Shown one piece after another: positions 12,044 through 21,689 of a DNA stretch of 64,000 nt. This DNA comes from Amphiscolops sp. MND2022 (taxonomy: Eukaryota). A model generated the notes under the pieces. It saw only the letters and a list, made by a program, of their open reading frames with translations. It was not told where the DNA came from and searched no databases. The stretch's first letter is position 1. Every line of letters begins with the position of its first letter. Location: NCBI GenBank assembly GCA_964187785.1, contig OZ076414.1, positions 46,686,001-46,750,000 of the forward strand, written 5' to 3'. A program made the position numbers and the translations under genes.

Positions 12044-12561
12044 CTAAAACAAGAAAGAACAATAAAGAAAATAAAAATAAAAACTCGTTATTCAGTGGCG
12101 AAAATTAACAACATTCAAACACAATCAGAAAAGAAGAATCAATCTCGCATTTTTCATAATTATCCTAGCCTACTAAGGCAATAATGGAAGCTTACAACTC
12201 CCAGAATTCAAAACGGTCAAATCGAAGAGGAAACATTGAAAAGAAGGAAATCATCTTCCAAATCATGACGTCACACAAAAGATATCCCTTCGGAAAGGAA
12301 CCAATGACGTCATAACGAAGATTAAAAGTTAGAAGTTTCTCTTCTCGGCTCAGCAAATAGTAAGAGGGACGGTAGCAAATTGTTTCCGAACTAAAAGTCA
12401 GACCGAAACGAAAGAAGGAAAACCGACCAATGAAATTACAGGAAAGCCACGAACAGATGAAAGTTGACCTCTTCATTCGCTGAACAATAAACATATTGAG
12501 CAGTCCGCTTAAGAAAAAAAACAAATTCATCAAAGTTCAAAATAAATCTAGCTGATCCAGA

Positions 12562-13213
12562 ATGGGCAACTACGGATTAGTTATCGACATCTCTTCGGAT
12601 GAAGAAAACGATAGGTACAGCACGCCTATTAAAACACTACCCGTACACTTAGTGGGGAGACTCAATCTGAGTGATTCATCAGTTGAGGTTTGGAGAGGCA
12701 GCGAAGCGGACCTTGAATTGACTCGGGAATCTGCCTCTACATTTGAATCAGATCAACAAGAAGCCTTCATTGTATAAAATCAGCGAGGAACAGACTCCGA
12801 TGACTACTTTGAGTAACCGGACTCATCACGGGAGATGCCTGAACTGACTCGCGCACCAGTGCTAAGAGACGTCACGAATGAGAGGGAACGAAAATACGTT
12901 CCCCCATCAAAAACGGGAAAACTAAATTAACTTAGCGAACCCTCTATTGAAGAAATTGAAGAAGCTCATGGACTCAAACTGAGCGACGAAAACTACTGCA
13001 CTGCCGGACGAGACAATTCATTCTCCTCGGCAAAAATTCTAAGAGCGCGGAAACAACCCGTCCGAATTATACGCGAAATTCCTCACTGTACCGGAGTGCC
13101 TGCCTTCAAAGCCAGAGGTGCCCTCTCACGGCTCGCTCCCGGTCGGTGTTACAATTTCCACGATGGAGTACACAAACTTACCTCCGGACTTGGCCATGGG
13201 GCCTTTAGAAAGT
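12562..13213 (+). pseudogene. Extra sense ORF of E1 between the antisense gene and the 3' LTR (unknown function, several in-frame stops)
   Basis: MGNYGLVIDISSDEE... frame continues through isolated stops to ...GLGHGAFRK*; A/C-rich coding-like composition. Confidence 0.5.
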
Positions 13214-13842
13214 AAATAACTTACTTTGTTTTCTTAAACTGTAGCACGACAGTGTATTCAGGCGGAAGTTTCCCAAACGTAAGCACAACGTGAATTGTTC
13301 CAAAATAATTCTTAGACAAAATAAAACTTCTGGTCTAATGTTTTCACACGCAAAGCTTTTTTCTATTTCCGGTTTTGTCTTCTGAAGTTTCCATACTAAT
13401 CTAAACACTAAAATAAGAACATTTTCTAAAGCGGAATCATTTCTTTTTTTCCACACTAAAACGAAATATTGAAAGTAATATTAACTCCAAAGTCCCAGCG
13501 GAGTTCATACAATCTAAAATGAAAAGAACATACAAAACAAAATATTGGAATAGGTTTTCCAATACTAAAAGTAGTTGTCAATATCCACTTAAAACCTCAC
13601 TCAAGTGATTTTAAGCAAATGTTTACAACGATCTGACAGCGTCACTCAACTAGGCTGATAACGAGTGTTTCTATTTTTACGGACCAATAGCGTCGCTTCT
13701 CAACTGAATTATTTGAGCTCAAGCTAATAAAATAGTGCTTGGTTGCCCCTAGCAACGCCAATTAGCTCAATTAGCTGAGGGAAGGAGAATGAAATCGACC
13801 AAGCTCTCCGCTTTCTTTCCGTCAGCCGCCACTGTTCAACAT

Positions 13843-13998
13843 TACCTAATCTTAATACGTACGGAGCGCTTACGGAGCAAATTGTAAAGTGATGAAATCA
13901 TACCTAATCTTAATACGTACGGAGCACTTACGGACCAAATTGTAAAGCGTTGTAATTATCCCTAATCTTAATACGTACGGCGTGCTTGCGGAGCGGGG
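13843..13998 (+). repeat. 58-bp tandem repeat (~2.7 copies) abutting the E1 3' LTR
   Basis: TACCTAATCTTAATACGTACGG units start at 13843, 13901 and 13959 (TCCCTAATC variant in the third). Confidence 0.92.
13990..13998 (+). promoter_or_regulatory. Polypurine tract of E1
   Basis: GGAGCGGGG immediately before TGTAATGA, the LTR start. Confidence 0.7.
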
Positions 13999-15277
13999 TG
14001 TAATGATTGAGATTACTCTAGTTCATGATAGTATATTCTAAAATGCATGAAACCATTACGGAATAAATTGATTTTTTGGAATAAGGGACTTTTTGTACCG
14101 AATATTTCCCCGTCATATTGGAAATGATTAAAACAGTCTTGCTGCAGGTTAAGACAAGGAAAATGGTTTAGTAAGTGCATTGTGATCAAATTAGAAAGGT
14201 GCTCTTTTTCTACCTTCAGAAAAGATGTTTTGGCCTTTGTTACTTTTTTATGTTGTGACTAAATAATCTAATCTTTATGATCTTTGTACATGTAAAGTTA
14301 ATTTAGATTAGCATTACGTAATCGAGCTGGAAAATTCAACCGTTAATCTGTACTCATCATTTTCTGGCATCGTTTGCTCCTTCCATAATGTAATTCGAAT
14401 ATTTTCAGTACGTTCGTTTAAAATTCTCCGTGATATCTTCGGAGTTATTTTTGCTTGTCATTCTTTTACCGCGAAAATCCGCTTAGTCCTGCGCTGAATC
14501 ATTGTTCACGCCAGCGTGCTTTCTTCGTAAGAAATCTAACTAGATTTTTATTTTGCCGCCTTTTCGTGATTAAACCGGAAATGAAATTGTTGAACAAAAA
14601 TGATTTCAACAAAAGCTCCGTGAAGGAGTCGCGACTAGGATTTTTTAGTCGTAAAATAATGGCCGAAAGACTGAAATAATAAGGATGATTGAGTATTTTA
14701 TTTGAACAAAACCGATTTTTAAGATTTCTAGGAATTTGTAGGCGATGAACAAATGATGCCAGGAAGGTATATATATGTGTTCAAGGTTTTGTAAAAGATT
14801 CAATTCAGTTTCGGTTGTGATAATACTTCGTTTGAAAAAACTTACTTTTCTTTGAAGAATTCCAAGTTTTCAAAGAAATTTTCTTTCTTCCTAAAATGAT
14901 TACTAGAAGCCAGAAAAAGAAAGCTGTAGAAGAATTAGTTTCTGCTGAGATTGAAACTCCTCTATCTGGAAATGGTCAAAATATAAACCCCGTAGCGGGG
15001 ACGAGCAAGTCTCCTGAGTTACATACCGAAAACCTGGAAGAAATGAAATCCACAGTTAGAAGTGAGATGATGTCTGATCTCACCAAAATCTTAGCTGAAA
15101 ACCAAAAAGGAATGTTGAAACTGATTGCCCCTGTAACTAAAAAACAGTCTGCATTATTTGTCCCTGAGGAAATTGATTCTGAGTCCGGAAACGTTCCGAC
15201 AGCTGCGACTTCGACACCTATCAAAACTGGAAATACTGTGACTTATCATAAAACAGCTCCGGTGAACAGTCGTAACA
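13999..15277 (+). repeat. E1 3' LTR (~1.28 kb), containing the Gag N-terminal ORF from 14896
   Basis: TGT...ACA termini; last ~520 bp match 1-517; MITRSQKKKAVEELVSAE... is intact in this copy. Confidence 0.85.
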
Positions 15278-16289
15278 GTAGCAAATGCGTGGGATATGCA
15301 TGCCTTTGTGAAGAAGTTTGAAGTTTTCGAAAAAAAATATGAAGCGAACTTAAAATGCCCAAAAAGTGAAAATTGTGAAATCAGACAATAATACTCTTCA
15401 CTTTTGCCGCAATTAATATCATTGAGATTCAAAATGGTTATGAACTGAGTGTTTACAAGAAATATATCAGGTTTTTTTTCAAATTATAACATCCACTATC
15501 ATCGATATTCTTGGAGTTTATATTCTACACATATGTGTGTTTTTGTGCGAGTTTTGGACAATATTATGAATAGATCTTGCTAAATATTTCAAGGGCGGAA
15601 AAGATCCCATCGCTTATTGACCCTAGTTGAAACTGATTGAAACTTTTGCATAATTTCATAGGCTGCAATCACTTTTAGCACCATTTTGGGAGTTTTATAG
15701 AAAATCATTATTGCTAAATTATTTCCCTGATGCAAAGCTACTTCTTTAGATTTATTAGCATTCGCATGCAATTTGGCGGGTTTTCAGAGCAACATCAAGG
15801 AAATTGCGGGCAAAAGCTCAAATTTTATGAGTTCTGACGCTAGAATATGATGTAAAGATTTTTAAACGTGAGTCAGTGTGACCAACTAATTCGTAAAACT
15901 GGAATGTTTTTTTTTTCAGTGGAAAAAACTTTGTTTGCATGCAAACGGTTGAAATACACAATGTTTATCACTTCTCGGGTTTGGAAAAACAAACATTTTG
16001 CCAATGAAGTTCTATACGGTTTTTTAGGGACTACTTCAGAACGAAAGATTGAAATCAGCTGTTTTGATTGGTTGAAATTTCATTTTTTCAAACTTTTCAG
16101 CGCCGAAGATATTTCAAAAATCTGAGAAAAAACTAACAAAACGGATTATTAGAGGTTTTTGCGAGCATTTTTGCAAGAGTTTCTTGCATGAATCGAAAGA
16201 TTGGTGTTTTTCGGTGAGAAAAGTCAACAAAATTTTTGGAAAGAAAAAGTTTTAATCCAAGAAATTCAGTCAATTTTCTGGCCATTGTA

Positions 16290-16582
16290 TTTCATTCCAG
16301 ATCACTACTGGTAGAATAAGGCCTGAAATCACTTTTATGAAAGAGATCTTCTTTCAAAAAGAAAATTTTATCAAAAAGCCGCACAGTCCTGAGAAACCCT
16401 AAGGGGGTCCCACATGTTTTCCAGGATACGGTAAAGCTACAATATACCCAGAGGGAGTCTTTGGCCTCTTTGGGTAGCCTTTAGATCTTAGACGTGCAGT
16501 TTGTAAAAAGTGGATAATTCAGTGTGAGGTCTGTGGGTTGACGGAAAAAAACGTGACAAAACAAAAAAGCGCCAAATGAAAA
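16290..16582 (-). mobile_element. Diverged copy of the HINE-like family
   Basis: Shares GGGGTCCC, AAAAAGTGGA...TCAGTGTGAGG and a terminal AAAAGCGCCAAATGAAAA with 4981-6166. Confidence 0.55.
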
Positions 16583-17584
16583 TTTGCAAGGTTGAAAAAC
16601 GCAAATAATAATCTCTGCTCTTTCAAAGAAAATTCAGGTAAAAAAATTGTTGTGATGAACACACTGGTTTCAATTGCTTCGAAATCTTTCATTTTGTAGG
16701 CTTCTCAGTTTTAAATTAAGTTCTTTGAAAAATTTTCAAAGCTGTAAGTTCTTTCTTTTATTCATGACATGACATGATGCTACAACAACTGCTTTTCCTG
16801 ATATCTGAACTGGATAAGAGCTTTTATTTTTTCTGCGCCTCGAACTTACTTGACTTGTTTATAATCGAATCAGCTTTTTTCCGTTTTTCATTGTTTATTG
16901 CTACTAAGATTTTAGGTTATGTAGGATCGACTGGCATTGACCGATTTTTTATGAGAAACAGAACAATACAATTTGGATTGATTGTTATATAATCGTAATA
17001 AAATTGACTTAATTTACTACCCAATGGTTATAAATTTGACAAAAAAGACATCTTGACAAACTTACGTGACAGCCTAGAACATTTTGGTAGAGTATTCTTA
17101 GTTGAGCGAGACTTGTCAATATAATAAGAGCAAGGATATCCTCTGAGGAATAATGTCTAAAAATCAATGTCTAAAGATATGGAATGAGCATGACTTGGAT
17201 CTAGACGGAATTCCCGTACTACATTTAGGTGTCATTCCTTCTGCTCACCGAACTGTTAATAGATTCAAAACTTGGCTTTTCCATGTGAATATGAATTCTT
17301 GCTTCAATAGAGGAATCAAATTAATCAAATGCCGGCAATTATTTCAAGGGCAACTTTTGCGTTTTCTCACCACAAAACTATTCCTTTGATTTTACTGGAC
17401 TATGATTCATTTCTCACAAGGCTATTCTTGGGGTCTTGAAATGAAAATGATTTTCCCTTATTCTTTTTTACACTTCTTTTAACATGTCTTACCAACAAAT
17501 CCAGTTAAAAATTCAACTATATCTAAACTTTAAAAAAGAAGGGATCATGTATTTTGTCAAGGGTCTGAGTTACTTTTGTGGGTG

Positions 17585-18146
17585 TTTTTAGTCGGCGCTT
17601 TTCGAAGAAAAACGCAGACTATAGTAGTGACTTCTTTTTTTTAAGACCAACGAACTGATAGATTTTATAAATTTTATAAGTTGACCGACTAACACTAAGC
17701 TGCCACTACTGCCACACTACTTCACTGCCACACTACTTCACTGCCACTTGGCATAGAGGTTACGGCTTTTTTGAGGTCTGCCAAGCAGAAGGACATGGGT
17801 TCGAGTCCGCCCTTGACCAAAATTTTTTATGCAATTTTTTTTTCGGCTTTGTGAGACTTTTTTTTCGCAAATATCTCCAAAGGGTCCACCCGTCATTTTT
17901 TGTTTATTTTGCAAAAAATGGATGTTCAGAGACTCCCAGAGTGCCCCCTTTTACATGTTTCGGCACTATGCGACTTACGGGAAACCAAAAAAAAAATCGA
18001 AAAAAATTTAAAAAGTTCGGAATTTTTTTTCCAATTTTTCCTCAAGCGGGTACTGTAGAAGAGAATACTTGACACTTTGAAGTCTTTTTGCTATTTTTGA
18101 GCCTTAGATATGGCGCCGACGTGGGCCGTTCCCGGCTTGTTTCTTT
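17585..18146 (+). mobile_element. HINE-like element, monomer, with an internal microsatellite and tRNA-like segment
   Basis: 5' TTTTTAGTCGGCGC; 3' GCGCCGAC (18113-18120) followed by hairpin GCCG-TTCC-CGGC (18125-18136); CTGCCACACTACTTCA repeats at 17699-17748. Confidence 0.75.
17749..17812 (+). other. tRNA-derived Pol III promoter (A/B boxes), SINE-like head
   Basis: A box TGGCATAGAGG 17749-17759 and B box GGTTCGAGTCC 17798-17808; no complete cloverleaf. Confidence 0.6.
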
Positions 18147-18605
18147 TTAAATTGACTCAACAGGGTTTTGAGAAAGGCCAAAAATTGATTTATTCATGTA
18201 TACATGCCTGGTATTGTTTATTCTCTATCTTAGGTGATAGCTAGGTGAGATACACTAGGGTATCTAAAATCAAAGACACTCGATTTCGCGAAAAAAAATA
18301 TTACAAATTGCGAGTCCCAGTATTGAATCATTCTCACATTTTGATCGGGAGTTTTTTTGAATTCAAACAAAAATACCGAGATCTATAGCACCGGTGTTCG
18401 TTGCGGCTGTAGGTTACGAAAACGATGTTCGTTACAAAAAAGTCTCAGATAATCTTTCTACTTTTGATTCGGGTCTCTAACGTTAGGCAACAACCGTTTT
18501 TTTAATGCTCTCCTCAAGAACTCACACCGCAAAAAGATGTAAATTTTTGCTTCAGAAATACCAACAGTTTTGTCTGCAAAACCGGTTTTAATGACTAATT
18601 CATCT

Positions 18606-18708
18606 GACTAATCATTAGTTTGATGTAATATTCATTGGTTTGATTTCTACTTCTCATTCAAGTTTGTAAAAAATGCGGCTCTAAAAATAGCCCAACTTAC
18701 GCCCAGTA
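18606..18708 (+). repeat. ~105-bp dispersed repeat, copy 1
   Basis: GACTAAT..TTAGTTTGATG...CATTGGTT.GATTTCT...TGCGGCT...AATAGCCCAACTTA, also found at 25411-25514. Confidence 0.75.
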
Positions 18709-18713
18709 ACTGA

Positions 18714-21500
18714 AATAATAATACTACTACTACTAGAAGACTTAATTCCCTTTTTATATAAAGGAACATTCAAGCAGTTGTAATGTAGGCTTTTACAAAC
18801 TGAGTTGATCAAATCTAAGAGCGGCAGATGCTACAGAGACATTTTATAAACCAGGAGCAGCTACGGTCTAAATTGAACATTGGGACTTGATTGCGTAGGT
18901 ATGCCATGAGTTCATGTTTAAATTTTTCAGTTGGGTCAAAAATGTCAATCTCTTTTGTGGCCAGGAAGTTGGAGTAGTCACAGACTCTTTGGAAGAAGGA
19001 GTCTCTCGTGGAGAATTTGCGACATCTTTTGACTGGCAGGAGTTGTTGGTATTTGGAACTTCTGAGATCCTTGCATCGTTTGCTGAAACAGGTGAAGGTG
19101 CTGAGATTTAGGTCGTATTTGTTATTTATGGCCTTGTTGAGGAAGACCATGTCATTTAGGACCAAATAGAATGATAGGGGTAGGGTATTTGACGCTGCCA
19201 GCTGCCCTGTATAATTTTGTAAACCAGTTACCCAAAAAAGACATTCTTTATTGAATAGTTCCAACTTCCGTCGGTAATTAATGGAGGGGTACCATATTTG
19301 GGATCCGTATAGTATAATACTCTGAACACACAACCTGTAGTACGTAAGCTTCGTGGAAGAACTAACACTATGAGGAACTGAGCGCTTCAAGAAATGATAA
19401 GCTTTTCTAGCAGCCACCAATTTCTTTTGAATATGGTTGTCCCATGTAATATTGTTTGAAATGGTGATTCCAAGGTCTTTAATTGAGTCAACGGTGGGGA
19501 CAATATTACCGTTCAGAAACAGAGGATCCGACGACGCAAATTTTTCCTCGAAAGTGATTGACTTGCACTCGTCAATGTTATATTCCATTTTGTTCCTGTA
19601 AGCCCATTCAGTAAAGTGATCAATATCCCTTTGTAAATCAGGTTTGGTCAGGAGAAACAGTAATTTACTATCATCTGCAAGCAAATAGCATGAGGAATTG
19701 ACAATTTTGTCAGGAAGATCATTCATAAAAATAATGAAGCAAAGAGGTCCGAGGACACTGCCTTGAGGTACACCGCTATTAATATCCACCATCTGGGAGA
19801 GGGAGCCATTTATTGAAACTCGTTGTGACCTTGAGTATAAGTAAGACTTGAATAAGATCAAAAAATCTTCATCAAAGCTAAAATTTGCCAGTTTTTTCAG
19901 AAGAATATGATGTGGAACTAAATCGAAAGCCTTCCGAAAGTCGAAGTAGATAGCATAACTAGAAGCGTTAATATCTTTTTGGTTGTACAAATCGTCTAGA
20001 TAGGGTAAGAGCTGGGTAATAGGAGAGCGCTTCTTTGTGAAACCATGTTGTTCATCACAGATTGATAATCGCACATGCGGGTATATGTGTCGGAAGAGCA
20101 ATTTTTTAAGAATAAGTGAGAGCTGTGGTAAAATGCTGATGGGCCGATAATTTTCCACACTTTCGGGGTTTCCAGACTTATATATCGGTGTTATATATGA
20201 GCATTTCCATTCACTTGGCCATCTTCTTGCCTTTATTACTACAGTAAAAAGTTGAGTGGCCAGCGGAGCCAGAATATCTGGGCATGAGTTCAGCAAAAAA
20301 GTAGGAATAGGATCTGAGCTCAATGAACAAGTTTTAGCTTTCGAGAGTAAATCTGTGACTTCAGAGGGATTGATGGTAAAATCTTCCAAACGGATTGTAG
20401 GTAGTTCAGGTGGTTGCAAAGGTATATCTAAACTTTTCTGGAAGACAGAGCTGAAATAACTATTGAACAGATTAGCAATTTCGTTACTGGTGTTTGCTTT
20501 CAGTGTGTTCCAGTTCATTTGATTTGGCAAGCGATTCGAAGAGAAAGAGCGTAAAAACTTGAAGCAAGAACGAGTGGAGACAGGAGATAGATTTTCAAGG
20601 AGGACTGTTTTGTCTAATTCAACTGACAAACTAATCTCTTGTTTTAACCTTTCAATGGTACCATTTCTGTAGTTACATTTTTAGCTGTACGAAGTTTGTT
20701 GATCAGGTGAATTGAGTGGGAGGTATAGAAATACGGATACTGTGATCGGCGAGAAGTTTTGATTTTGCAAGACATATTTAGAGCGTACAACACTGTTTGT
20801 TGCCACAATGAAAAATATTCTTCCATAGGAACATCACTGAAGCTGCAATTTGGTAGTGCCAGTAGTGTGTCGAAAACATTGGATAAATGAGAGTTGAACA
20901 GAGTACTAGAAAAAGATGACAAAGAATACATAATTGATGTATTAGTAGCTGGCTCTGAATAGGGGATAGGAAGGTTCAGCAAAGCAAAAACAGGGTAATG
21001 ATCAGAGTAGAGATGGGAGTCAACATAAACATTGAATAGCTCGGAATGTGAGGTTAGAATTATATCCAGAGTGCTACCAGACTTATGAGTAGGCTCAAAA
21101 ACTAAAGGATTGAGATTCATCGCTTGAGATTGAACTAAGAAGCTTTTGGAATAGTCGCTCTGACCAGTTACAGTTGCCCAGCAAACATCATTCAGATTGA
21201 GGTCTCCTAAAATGGAGAAAGAGCTGAGATAATTGATTTCAAACTTAGCATAACACGAGGAGATCCAATCAGCCAAAATCCAATCAGCATTCCTCAACAA
21301 TAGACAGAAAGTTACGAACCACTGACATTGTTTTTTGAATCAGTCGAAACATGATAGCTTCAATATTTATCTAATATTTATCTAAAATGTGTTTTTGCTC
21401 TTTGTAGTCGTTGAGAAGCTGAGTCACAAGGAAACAAGGATGGGAGATTTCAACTCCTAGTACTAATCAACAAACGTTTAATTACTTAAAACCGTTTTTT
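18714..21500 (-). mobile_element. CR1/L2-type LINE, 5'-truncated, relatively young
   Basis: APE remnant (GDLNL, TLDIILT, SDHYPV) plus a 604-aa RT ORF, short 3' UTR and (TAG)n(TAT)n tail at 18714-18735. Confidence 0.9.
18815..20629 (-). CDS. LINE ORF2 reverse transcriptase portion (604 aa, uninterrupted)
   Basis: NYRPISIL, QHGF, FDFRKAFDLV, SGVPQGSVLGP, LADD, KDLGI motifs. The endonuclease half (20644-21300) is in another frame. Confidence 0.88.
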   Translation of the reverse strand: MSVELDKTVLLENLSPVSTRSCFKFLRSFSSNRLPNQMNWNTLKANTSNEIANLFNSYFSSVFQKSLDIPLQPPELPTIRLEDFTINPSEVTDLLSKAKTCSLSSDPIPTFLLNSCPDILAPLATQLFTVVIKARRWPSEWKCSYITPIYKSGNPESVENYRPISILPQLSLILKKLLFRHIYPHVRLSICDEQHGFTKKRSPITQLLPYLDDLYNQKDINASSYAIYFDFRKAFDLVPHHILLKKLANFSFDEDFLILFKSYLYSRSQRVSINGSLSQMVDINSGVPQGSVLGPLCFIIFMNDLPDKIVNSSCYLLADDSKLLFLLTKPDLQRDIDHFTEWAYRNKMEYNIDECKSITFEEKFASSDPLFLNGNIVPTVDSIKDLGITISNNITWDNHIQKKLVAARKAYHFLKRSVPHSVSSSTKLTYYRLCVQSIILYGSQIWYPSINYRRKLELFNKECLFWVTGLQNYTGQLAASNTLPLSFYLVLNDMVFLNKAINNKYDLNLSTFTCFSKRCKDLRSSKYQQLLPVKRCRKFSTRDSFFQRVCDYSNFLATKEIDIFDPTEKFKHELMAYLRNQVPMFNLDRSCSWFIKCLCSICRS

Positions 21501-21689
21501 ACCGAACAGATGCTGCACCGTAGATGCGTCAGAAGTTGTTTCCCGGAGTCAAAAGATGAAAGAGACTAAAAAACATCAAAAATTGCTAATAAATTTTAAC
21601 CAGGAACCCAAAAATAGTAAAGCATGCGAGGAACATCTCTGCAAACTTTGTGGCGGAAGTCTAAAGAACGAAAACCTACCTTCTGATAA

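Larger units (their letters stand above)
1..15277 (+). mobile_element. Giant Ty3/gypsy LTR retrotransposon E1 (degenerate; 5' end lies upstream of the window)
   Basis: Direct repeats 1-517 and ~14756-15277; PBS-like TGG after the 5' copy; gag-PR-RT-RH-IN order; PPT before the 3' LTR; 3' LTR ends TGTAATGA...TCGTAACA. Confidence 0.92.

Noticed and set aside
12562-13213. env gene
   Set aside because: No signal peptide, furin site or transmembrane segment; short and hydrophilic.
13843-13998. CRISPR array or iteron origin
   Set aside because: Contiguous 58-bp tandem units without unique spacers, attached to an LTR.
1-15277. DIRS/Ngaro tyrosine-recombinase element with split direct repeats, considered because the repeats contain coding sequence
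   Set aside because: A DDE integrase with an HHCC motif, PBS, PPT and TG..CA termini are present, and no tyrosine recombinase motifs were seen.
15278-17580. Host protein-coding exons in AT-rich spacer regions
   Set aside because: Only short low-complexity ORFs and no consistent splice chain or domain.
17749-17812. Functional tRNA gene (likewise 27523-27595)
   Set aside because: Acceptor and anticodon stems do not pair; only the A/B boxes remain.
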